Assembly (NCBI RefSeq): GCF_000012925.1
Contig: NC_007517.1
Span: forward strand, 2,640,001-2,672,000
Length of the DNA stretch: 32,000 nucleotides
Reading direction: 5' to 3'
Origin: Geobacter metallireducens GS-15
GTDB taxonomy: Bacteria > Desulfobacterota > Desulfuromonadia > Geobacterales > Geobacteraceae
Of this stretch, positions 6,808 to 14,498 are shown in pieces (position 1 is the first letter of the stretch; every line of letters begins with the position of its first letter). The notes under the pieces were generated by a model. It was not told the DNA's origin, searched no databases, and saw nothing but the letters and a program-made list of their open reading frames with translations. The translations under genes and the position numbers were made by a program.

Positions 6808-8427
6808 TCATTCCTCCATGGTAGAGATGTCCCCGGCGTCCTGCCCCAGGTAGGTTGCCTTCAGGTAGCGGCGCATGATCTTGCCGCTCTTGTTCTTGGG
6901 AATCCGTTCGAGGCAGTGGATCTCGTGGGGGGTTGCAACCGAAGAAAGCTTGTTGGCCAGGTGAAGCCGAATCTTCAACTGGAGTTCGTCGGTCAAGGCA
7001 TACCCCAGGTGGAGGGATACAAAGGCCACGACCTTTTCGTAGAGCAGTTCGTCGGGGGCACCGATCACCCCTGCCTCAGCCACCTCGTGGACCTCGATGA
7101 GCGCGCTCTCGATCTCGAAGGGGCTGATGAGATGCCCAGCCGTATTGATAACATCGTCGCTCCTGCCGACGAACCAGAAATATCCGTCGGTATCGCGATA
7201 GGCGACATCACCCGTGCAGTAGAAGCCGTTCCTGAACTTTGATGCATAGGCACCGGCGTTGTTCAGGTAAGAGGAGAACATGGAAGCCCATCCCGGCTTG
7301 AGGCACAGGTCCCCCTGTTGGCCGGAGCCGAGGAGTTCCCCCTCGGTGGATATGACAACCGCCTCGATGCCATCCACCGGCTTCCCCATGGAACCCGGTT
7401 TCACCGGGATTCCCGGACGGTTGGCAATCATAATGGCGCCGGTTTCGGTCTGGAACCAGGTATCATAAACCTCTTTTGCCAGAACGCGGCGGGCCCAGTG
7501 GATCACCTCCGGGTTGAGCGGCTCGCCAACACTGCAAATATGCCGGAGCATGCCGAGGTCAAAGCGGGCGAAAAGGAGCGGTTCCTCCCTCATGAGCATT
7601 CGCAGGGCAGTCGGCGCAGTGTACCAGACCGAAACCTCTTCCCGCTCCAGGATCTCGAACCACTGCTCTGCTGCATAGCCGCCGCCGAAGTGAACCTGGG
7701 TCACGCCCATGCTCCAGGGGCCGATAATGCCGTAGGAGGTTCCGGTTACCCATCCCTGATCAGCGGTGCACCAGTACACATCATCCTCACGAAGCCCGAG
7801 GACCAGCTGGGCAGTCGAGTTGATCATAGTCACCGCGCCGTGGCGATGGAGCACCCCCTTCGGCTTTCCCGTGGACCCAGAGGTGTAATGGAGAACCGAC
7901 GGCGCATCCGCAGGTGTCAGGGGAGTGACGAACGCGGGGGATGCCTCCGCCATGAGCCGGCTGTAACTGAAAATGCCGTCGGCCTGGTGATCGTCGCTGT
8001 CAACCAGGATGATGAAGCGAAGATCCGGCAGTTGCGGGCGGATTCGGATAATTTTCCGGAGAAGGCTCTTCTTGGTGATGATGCCGCACGCACGGGCGTC
8101 GGCGAGACGGTCCAGGAGAGCCTCTTCGCCGAAGTTGGAGAAAAGGGTGCCTGCAACCGCGGTAAGTTTCAATGCGCCAAGAAAGGCAACGAACTGTTCC
8201 GGCTGCTTCGGCAGGTACGTGAAGAACACCTCGCCAGCCCCGACCCCCAGGGAGGCGAGAACATTGGCGAATCTGCCCGAAAGGCCGTCAAGCTCGTTGA
8301 AGGTGTAATCACGACGCTCCATGCCGGGCGTGAGCCACCGCATGGCAACGCGATCTCCCCTCCCCAGTCGGCATTGGCGGGAGGTACAGATATCCCCGAT
8401 GTTGTACTGGCCGTTTTCTATCAGCAT
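6808..8427 (-). CDS. AMP-forming adenylating ligase of the acetyl-CoA-synthetase (ACS/AcsA) type
   Basis: Blocks seen: HYTSGSTGKPKG, YWCTADQGWVTGTSYGIIGP, VWYTAPTALRMLM, YDTWFQTETG, FYCTGDVAYRDTDGYFWFVGRSDDVINTAGHLISPFEIESAL and IPKNKSGKIMRR. These are ACS-type rather than DltA-type. Confidence 0.85.
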   Translation of the reverse strand: MLIENGQYNIGDICTSRQCRLGRGDRVAMRWLTPGMERRDYTFNELDGLSGRFANVLASLGVGAGEVFFTYLPKQPEQFVAFLGALKLTAVAGTLFSNFGEEALLDRLADARACGIITKKSLLRKIIRIRPQLPDLRFIILVDSDDHQADGIFSYSRLMAEASPAFVTPLTPADAPSVLHYTSGSTGKPKGVLHRHGAVTMINSTAQLVLGLREDDVYWCTADQGWVTGTSYGIIGPWSMGVTQVHFGGGYAAEQWFEILEREEVSVWYTAPTALRMLMREEPLLFARFDLGMLRHICSVGEPLNPEVIHWARRVLAKEVYDTWFQTETGAIMIANRPGIPVKPGSMGKPVDGIEAVVISTEGELLGSGQQGDLCLKPGWASMFSSYLNNAGAYASKFRNGFYCTGDVAYRDTDGYFWFVGRSDDVINTAGHLISPFEIESALIEVHEVAEAGVIGAPDELLYEKVVAFVSLHLGYALTDELQLKIRLHLANKLSSVATPHEIHCLERIPKNKSGKIMRRYLKATYLGQDAGDISTMEE

Positions 8428-8446
8428 GCTTTCCCCGCAAAACTGC

Positions 8447-9538
8447 TCATGGTCGACCTCCCGTTTCCAGCAATCCAGCCAGTTCGGTCATCACCTCTTC
8501 AGGGGTGATGGCGTCCATGCAGGCAATGGGTCCACCGTCAGTTCGAGAGCACTCCTCACGGTTACAGGGGACGCACTCCCATTCTTTCTGAATCACGACA
8601 ATCGATCCCTGGCGCTGGATTGTTCCGCGAGGACCGTACGGCGCAGAGCCGGGAAAATCGTTTGGCCAGGGTCCCCAGTGATGCACCAGCGTCGGGCCAT
8701 AGAGGGCGACCGTGGGGACATCCAGTGCCGCGGCCATATGGGTGACGACGGTATCCACCCCCACGTATCCCCTCCCCCGCCGGATCACGGCGGCCAGTCG
8801 CGGGAAGGAGAGCACGTCGCCGATGGAGCCGGTGCCCTCAGGCGCCACGGCCAGAATGTCCGCCAGCATCTTTGCATCGTCGGCGTTCGGCGACACCGTG
8901 AAAAGCGGTTTCAACCCCGCATCCAGAATCAGTCCGGCAAGCCGGCGCCAGCCGTCAACCGTCCAGCATTTGTACTCCTTGCGCGAGTACGGATGAAGTA
9001 CTACGTAGCCAGCGTCCCCGAACAACCGTGCCGCATATGCCTCGTCTTCCGCGTCGCCACCCGCGACAACCCGTGGACGCGGAGGGATGGCAAGAGGTTC
9101 CAGCCGGGTCAGAACGAGAGGAACGATGTGCATCCGGTCGTCATAGAGACGACAGGAGGACAGCAGCAGTTTTTTCCACCACTCCTTGCCGCGAAAATAG
9201 GAAAAACCGTACGACCGGCGACCGGCCGCAACGCAGAAAAGCGTGGTACGATCAGAAACATTGCTGCCGATAGCGTAATCGTATTTCTTCCAGAGCGAAA
9301 GGAGAAGCGGCACGACCGATTTCTGCGGATCAATGGTATGGACGGACCGTATGAGAGGATTCTTCGCCAGGACCCCTTCCGTTCCTTTCAGAACCAGGTA
9401 ATCAATCGTGGCATCCGGGAAACGCTCCTTGATCGAGAGGGCCAGAGGGGTCGAAAGGAGCACGTCACCGATGTAACGGAGCGAGACGATCAGGAATGAC
9501 GGCGCGGCCGATCTATGGAAATTCGAACGGCTAGTAAT
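8447..9538 (-). CDS. Glycosyltransferase family 9 (ADP-heptose:LPS heptosyltransferase family); start codon unresolved
   Basis: FLIVSLRYIGDVLLSTPLALSIKERFPDATIDYLV (the GT9 N-terminal block begins at about 9499) and the C-terminal Cys cluster WECVPCNREECSRTDGGPIACMDAITPEEV. The ORF is open up to ATG 9739, but that region overlaps the C-terminus of the upstream GT2. In-frame candidates are ATT 9538 (GGGAGG 7 nt upstream), GTG 9619 and TTG 9643. Confidence 0.75.
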   Translation of the reverse strand: MTSRSNFHRSAAPSFLIVSLRYIGDVLLSTPLALSIKERFPDATIDYLVLKGTEGVLAKNPLIRSVHTIDPQKSVVPLLLSLWKKYDYAIGSNVSDRTTLFCVAAGRRSYGFSYFRGKEWWKKLLLSSCRLYDDRMHIVPLVLTRLEPLAIPPRPRVVAGGDAEDEAYAARLFGDAGYVVLHPYSRKEYKCWTVDGWRRLAGLILDAGLKPLFTVSPNADDAKMLADILAVAPEGTGSIGDVLSFPRLAAVIRRGRGYVGVDTVVTHMAAALDVPTVALYGPTLVHHWGPWPNDFPGSAPYGPRGTIQRQGSIVVIQKEWECVPCNREECSRTDGGPIACMDAITPEEVMTELAGLLETGGRP

Positions 9539-10343
9539 AACGCAACCTCCCGCCGAGCCATTTCTCTTTGAGGGTGTGGCCGTGGAACATCCGCTCGCAC
9601 TTCTGCCACGCGAACTCACGCAGCTTGCGGCGCCACCGCTCAATGAGACGCCGCCCCCGCGTGAGCTGCCACTTTTCCCGGAAGTAGGCCCGATTCTCTG
9701 CCACGTAGGGACGTTCGGGGCGATTCTTCCGAATGGCATCCTGGGTCACTGACCCGAAATGGTGGATAAACGATCGCCCCGTTGTCCCAAGCCGGAATCC
9801 GGCATTCCGCGCCCGGCGGAAGAAATCCGCGTCCTCGAATTGGCCGATCCGGAAGTTCTCGTCGAAGAGGCCCACAACCTCGAAGACCCGGCGCCGCACC
9901 ATGAAGCATATGCCGTCGGCCACCCCGCGCCGCACGACATCCCCCATCCGGCCGACGAACTCCTGGGAGTACCCCTCGATATCGTAATTGTACTCCCCTT
10001 CCCTGATGGCGGGACTTACCACGTCGAGCCCCTCCTTCCCCGCGGCTTCCAACAGCCCGTCGAGCCATCCCGGCGATACGACCACATCGTTATTGAGGAT
10101 CATCACCCACTCGGAGGTAGTTTCCCGGACCCCCTGATTCCAGGCGCCTGCACAGCCGAGATTCTCCCTGTTGCGGATCACGCGGAGATCGGAACAACTC
10201 TTCAGATACTCAGCGGTGCCGTCGGTGGAACCGTTGTCGATGAGGAGCACGTCCACACCATTCAAACCGGCACGGCGCAAGCTCTGGACGCAGAGTTGCG
10301 TATAGGCCACCTGATTGTAGAGAGGGATCACAATACTGATCAT
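9531..10343 (-). CDS. Glycosyltransferase family 2
   Basis: MISIVIPLYNQVAYTQLCVQSLRRAGLNGVDVLLIDNGSTDGTAEYL, NLGCAGAWNQG and ILNNDVVVSPGWL. The track ORF extends to 10736, but the conserved domain starts at ATG 10343 and the extension overlaps the upstream gene. Confidence 0.8.
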   Translation of the reverse strand: MISIVIPLYNQVAYTQLCVQSLRRAGLNGVDVLLIDNGSTDGTAEYLKSCSDLRVIRNRENLGCAGAWNQGVRETTSEWVMILNNDVVVSPGWLDGLLEAAGKEGLDVVSPAIREGEYNYDIEGYSQEFVGRMGDVVRRGVADGICFMVRRRVFEVVGLFDENFRIGQFEDADFFRRARNAGFRLGTTGRSFIHHFGSVTQDAIRKNRPERPYVAENRAYFREKWQLTRGRRLIERWRRKLREFAWQKCERMFHGHTLKEKWLGGRLRYY

Positions 10344-10398
10344 CGTCTCTGAACCGTCGGGGGATTCATACCCCTCACTAAAAGTGTGTTCCTTCTGT

Positions 10399-11328
10399 TC
10401 AAAGCCATCCGGTATCCGCTCCACGACCAAGGTCAACCCCTTCGAGTCTCTGATCGATGGGAACAACGTCACTCCCGGTCCGCCCAGCGGCCCTCCATCG
10501 GGGAAGTCGGGAACCGTAAATTCGCAGGACTCCCATAAAAGGCTCGTCGCGGGTTGCGCCCGGAAGCGGCACAATGCAGTCGGTCGGTCCACCAAGGGCA
10601 TTGGCGGCCCAATGTGAATAGCCTGAAATGGGAGTGGCCAGCATGAGCGGGCAACAGGCCAGGGCAAAGAGATCCGCCACCGGATTGACCCGCGAATCAT
10701 GGTCCGGCCCCTTGTAGTCATAGTGAGAAACGACATCGAGGGTTGCTACGTCGAAGTTTCTGTGAAGCTCCGTATAGGTGTCCGGATCGCCGGTGCCGGC
10801 CAGGAAAAAAACCGTATCCTTTTGCCGAGCCTGGATTGCCGCCATGGCCCGTTCGTACCACCAGAGCGGCACGGCCGGCCATTCAGTAGCCGTATTTTCA
10901 TAACGATCGGGGTCAACCACCTGGAAATCGCCGTGTCGGATATGGACGCCCACCACCGGCCGACCGCTCGTCCGGCCAAAAAACGAGCGGATCTGTGTTG
11001 CCAGTGACGGATTGAGGCGCACCTTTCTGGCCACATCGAGGTAGATTGGATCGAGCAGTTCGGAAGGGCCATCGAGGGACCGAAGGATTATCTTCCTGCC
11101 CGCAAGCCTCCCGAACATCTCCTCATCACAGTTTCTGACGCGAACTGCGCCCAGCTTGGTAAGAGCCCGGACTTTCCCCCTCCGGGTTCCCTCAACGCTG
11201 AAGGAATCGAGTTCATGCCAGTCCAGAATAATGTCGTGCCCGTAGGCCTGACGTATGGCAAAAGCGAGGGGCAGTGTTTCCAGTCGATTAGAGATACCGA
11301 CGAATTCATTTATATACAGTTTCGGCAT
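10399..11328 (-). CDS. Hypothetical protein with fucosyltransferase-superfamily (GT11/GT23/GT65-like, GT-B) signature motifs
   Basis: VVGVHIRHGDFQVV resembles the HxRRGD(Y/F) GDP-binding motif. LMLATPISGYSHWAANALGG resembles the C-terminal STFSWWAA block of GT11 enzymes. The likely start is ATG 11328 (MPKLYINEF...) rather than 11361. Confidence 0.5.
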   Translation of the reverse strand: MPKLYINEFVGISNRLETLPLAFAIRQAYGHDIILDWHELDSFSVEGTRRGKVRALTKLGAVRVRNCDEEMFGRLAGRKIILRSLDGPSELLDPIYLDVARKVRLNPSLATQIRSFFGRTSGRPVVGVHIRHGDFQVVDPDRYENTATEWPAVPLWWYERAMAAIQARQKDTVFFLAGTGDPDTYTELHRNFDVATLDVVSHYDYKGPDHDSRVNPVADLFALACCPLMLATPISGYSHWAANALGGPTDCIVPLPGATRDEPFMGVLRIYGSRLPRWRAAGRTGSDVVPIDQRLEGVDLGRGADTGWL

Positions 11329-11368
11329 AACGGATATATTCCCGCGACCAGAGGTGCGCACACGTTGA

Positions 11369-12118
11369 CTATCGCTGGCGCTCCTCGATCAATTCAACGG
11401 ACTTTGCATACTTGAGAAATGTGTAGACGGCGTACAGCAGTGAAAGGAGGAGGCCGGTGCTGCCTTCCAGAACTCCCATCCGCAGCACATACATCTTGAA
11501 AAAGGTGAAACAGGGCCGGAAAACGATGGAGAAGACCCCCGGCCTTCTTCCTGACCTGGCAATCTCTTCCGCCGCCAGCGTCGAGTATCGGTCCATCCTG
11601 GCGACGTAATCACCGATCCCCTCGTAGGTGAAGTGGATCAGATTCCCTTGCAGGGTACTGACCGGACCGGGGCACTCAACGGATTCGTGGACGAGGCGCT
11701 CGGCGAAGCGGCACCGGCTCCGGTTGTACAGTCGCAGATTATGGTCAGGGTACCAGCCGCAGTGTTTGATCCAGCGTCGGCCGAAATAATTCTCCCGCGC
11801 CACGCGGAAACCGTCGTAACGGGCAAAATCAGTGGAAAGGATCGAGTCCCGCAGTTCCGGTGAAACACGCTCATCCGCATCGATATTGAACACCCAATCA
11901 TTTACAGCCTGATCGGCGGCGAAGTTCTTCTGTTTGCCGAAGCCTTCCCACTCATGCTCGAAATATCGCACCTTGGGGTGCTTGCGACAGATTTCGGGAG
12001 TCCTGTCGGAGCTCCCCGAATCAACCACGATAATCTCATCAGCCCAATCGAGGCTCGCAAGGCAGTCAGAGATATTCTTCTCTTCGTTCTTGGCGATGAT
12101 GGTGGCCGTTATGTTCAT
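11369..12118 (-). CDS. Glycosyltransferase family 2, WaaE/KdtX-like LPS core glycosyltransferase
   Basis: MNITATIIAKNEEKNISDCLASLDWADEIIVVDSGSSDRTPEI, GFGKQKNFAADQAVNDWVFNIDADERVSPEL. ATG 12118 forms an ATGA overlap with the upstream GT9 stop. The 39-codon extension in the track is not family-like. Confidence 0.75.
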   Translation of the reverse strand: MNITATIIAKNEEKNISDCLASLDWADEIIVVDSGSSDRTPEICRKHPKVRYFEHEWEGFGKQKNFAADQAVNDWVFNIDADERVSPELRDSILSTDFARYDGFRVARENYFGRRWIKHCGWYPDHNLRLYNRSRCRFAERLVHESVECPGPVSTLQGNLIHFTYEGIGDYVARMDRYSTLAAEEIARSGRRPGVFSIVFRPCFTFFKMYVLRMGVLEGSTGLLLSLLYAVYTFLKYAKSVELIEERQR

Positions 12119-13194
12119 GCAGAATGCTCCAAAGCAGCAACACACGTCCGAAGCCGCTCCGCGGCCTCCACCACGTCGGTCATTGTCACTGCTGTCATGC
12201 ACCGGTGGTCCGTGGGACACTCCCGCAGGAGGCACGGGGCGCAGTCGGTGTCGCGGCGCACGACGGCGGCACGGTCGCTCCAGGGCGAGGTGGTCGTGTG
12301 ATCAGTGGGGCCAAACACCGCCACGAGCGGAACACTGAAGGCGGCGGCGATGTGCATGGGGCCCGAGTCGTTGGTGATGAAGAAGTCGCAGCGTTTGATG
12401 AGCGCCATCAACTCCCGCACCGAGGTCTTCCCCGCCATGACGAGGGCGGGTACGGTCATGGCGGCGGCGATGTCGGCGGCGATGGCAGCCTCTCCCGGTC
12501 CGCCAGTCACCACGACCCGTGCCCCCCAGCGGAGAGACAACTCATCGGCCACGGCGGCAAACCGCTCCGGGTACCACCGCTTGGCCGAACCATAGGTGGC
12601 GCCGGGGTTGATGCCGATGACGAAATCGTTCGCGCCGATCCCCGCAGCGGCCAGAAGCCGGGCCGTGCCCTCTTTCTCCTCCCGGGTGACGGTCAGGGAG
12701 AGGTGTTTGGCCCCGGTTTCGATTCCGAATCGGGAAAGCATGGCGAGGTAATAGTCGACATGGTGGAGCTTTTTCGCTTCGATGGTTACCGGTGCGCCAT
12801 GGGTCAGGAGCATCCCCCGTCCGTCGGTTCGGTACCCCATAATCCGGGGGATTCGGGCAAGCCGGGCAATGAGCGCCGCGTCGATAGCGTTCTGCAACAG
12901 GATGGCGAGGTCGAACCGCTCCGCCCTGAGCTCCCGTGCCAGTCTAATCCTTCCCCGGATGCCGGCGTGCCTTCCCTTCCGGTCATAGACATGAACTGCA
13001 TCGACCGTTTCGTGATTGGCGAAAAGTTCAGCCACAAGGGGATTTGCAAGAACCGTTATCCGTGCTTCGGGGAAGGACTCACGAATTGCTCGAAGAGCAG
13101 GCGTGGTCATGACCGCATCGCCGAGCCAGTTCACCGCCCGGACGAGAATGGTGCGTATAGCCGATTTATCGAGAGCCGATATGCTGTCGGTCAC
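12115..13194 (-). CDS. waaF: ADP-heptose:LPS heptosyltransferase (GT9), type II-like
   Basis: IRTILVRAVNWLGDAVMTTPALRAIRESFPEARITVLANP (NWxGD block), ITNDSGPMHIAAAF and the C-terminal DCAPCLLRECPTDHRCMTAVT. The likely start is GTG 13194, overlapping the upstream stop as TAGTG. The symbol is assigned on motif resemblance only. Confidence 0.7.
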   Translation of the reverse strand: MTDSISALDKSAIRTILVRAVNWLGDAVMTTPALRAIRESFPEARITVLANPLVAELFANHETVDAVHVYDRKGRHAGIRGRIRLARELRAERFDLAILLQNAIDAALIARLARIPRIMGYRTDGRGMLLTHGAPVTIEAKKLHHVDYYLAMLSRFGIETGAKHLSLTVTREEKEGTARLLAAAGIGANDFVIGINPGATYGSAKRWYPERFAAVADELSLRWGARVVVTGGPGEAAIAADIAAAMTVPALVMAGKTSVRELMALIKRCDFFITNDSGPMHIAAAFSVPLVAVFGPTDHTTTSPWSDRAAVVRRDTDCAPCLLRECPTDHRCMTAVTMTDVVEAAERLRTCVAALEHSA

Positions 13195-13382
13195 TAATCG
13201 CGTTTCCCCGCTTCTCCAATTTTTTCCGCTTCGTCCACCAGCATGACCGGAATTCCGTCCCGCACGGGGTAGACGAGCCGACATGAATCGCAGACAAGCC
13301 CCACCTCGTCGTCCTGGAAGACTACTTCCCCCTTGCACTGAGGACAGGCCAGAATCTTGAGCAATTCGCTTGATAATGCCAT
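13194..13382 (-). CDS. Trm112/YcaR-family (UPF0434) small zinc-ribbon protein
   Basis: MALSSELLKILACPQCKGEVVFQDDEVGLVCDSCRLVYPVRDGIPVMLVDEA (CPxC...CxxC plus the GIPxML block). AAGGAG lies 9 nt upstream of ATG 13382; the ATG at 13391 abuts the SD directly. Confidence 0.8.
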   Translation of the reverse strand: MALSSELLKILACPQCKGEVVFQDDEVGLVCDSCRLVYPVRDGIPVMLVDEAEKIGEAGKRD

Positions 13383-13397
13383 AGAGGGCATCTCCTT

Positions 13398-14465
13398 TTA
13401 AAGCACTTTGTCGATGGCTGTTTCGAGGGGTTTCGGATCCATAAGGCTCATCTCCAGCACCGCCGCATAGACAATCCCCAGCCGACTCAGGACCGGTCCG
13501 AGCTTGACCGCATCCTTGCCGGTGGTTATGAGGAAATCGGCGCCGGCCGTGCGGCGGGCCGCCATGAGCCGCGCTACCTCTTCCTCTCCGTAGGGGCAGT
13601 GGTCGCCAAAGGAAACCGTTGCCGCAAGGTCCACCCCTTCCTCCCGGAGTGAGGCGAAGAATGCGTCGGGGTCGGCAATGCCGGCAAAGGCAACTCCTCT
13701 GCGGCCATACAGGGCGGTGAACGGTTGCCGCTCACCACCGGGAAGAAGCTCCACCCCAGCCAGCACATGACCAGCCCGGCAGGATGGAATGGCTCCGTGA
13801 ACCGCTGGCGCCTCGGCACCGGTGCACCGGGTGTAGACCACCAAGTCAGCCCGTTTGAGGGCCAACGGCGGTTCCCGGAGCAAACCCGCCGGGAGGACCA
13901 TGCCGTTGCCGAGGGGAGCGCTACAGTCCATGAGGAGGATGTTCAGGTCCCGGTGAAGCCGCAAATGCTGGAAGCCGTCATCCAGGATGAATACATCGGG
14001 GTTAAGCCGCTCCTGGGCCAGGAGCCCGGCAGCGTAACGGTCGGTACCGATGACCGCCATGAGCCCCGGCACCGCCGTGGCAAGATGCACCGGTTCGTCA
14101 CCCGCCTCGGCAGCGGAGAGAAAGACCCTCTGACCGTCCGAGACGATATGCGTCTTTCCCTCCAACGATCCCCCATACCCCCGGGAGATGACCGCCACCC
14201 GTTTCCCCCGCGCCATGAGCAGACGCGCAACAAGCGCCACCATGGGGGTCTTGCCGGTGCCGCCAACGGTGAGGTTGCCAACGGAGATGACCGGACGATT
14301 CAGCTGCTTCACCCGGAAGATCCCCGCACCATAGGCGAGTGCCCGCAACCGAACTGCCAGGGCGTACGGAACGGAAAGAACAGCGAGAAGCGCCAGAACG
14401 AGCCGATCCAGCATCCCCCGCCGCTTGCCGGAAACAAGGTTTCGGAAATATCCTTCGAGTGTCAT
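13398..14465 (-). CDS. lpxK: Tetraacyldisaccharide 4'-kinase
   Basis: N-terminal membrane helix, the P-loop context VISVGNLTVGGTGKTPMV, and SRGYGG and ILDDGFQH blocks. Confidence 0.9.
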   Translation of the reverse strand: MTLEGYFRNLVSGKRRGMLDRLVLALLAVLSVPYALAVRLRALAYGAGIFRVKQLNRPVISVGNLTVGGTGKTPMVALVARLLMARGKRVAVISRGYGGSLEGKTHIVSDGQRVFLSAAEAGDEPVHLATAVPGLMAVIGTDRYAAGLLAQERLNPDVFILDDGFQHLRLHRDLNILLMDCSAPLGNGMVLPAGLLREPPLALKRADLVVYTRCTGAEAPAVHGAIPSCRAGHVLAGVELLPGGERQPFTALYGRRGVAFAGIADPDAFFASLREEGVDLAATVSFGDHCPYGEEEVARLMAARRTAGADFLITTGKDAVKLGPVLSRLGIVYAAVLEMSLMDPKPLETAIDKVL

Positions 14466-14498
14466 ATTTCATCCGGGTGAGATAGCAAAATGGTAAAA

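Noticed and set aside
11354-11361. 8-bp palindrome GTGCGCAC in the spacer upstream of the fucosyltransferase-like ORF
   Set aside because: It is too short and GC-rich to separate from chance, and it has no partner site.
7318-13197. Plus-strand ORFs 7318-8508, 8321-9499, 9759-10352 and 12124-13197
   Set aside because: All are antisense to well-supported minus-strand genes (ligase, GT9, GT2, waaF-like). Their translations are Arg/Gly/Pro/His-rich with no motifs.
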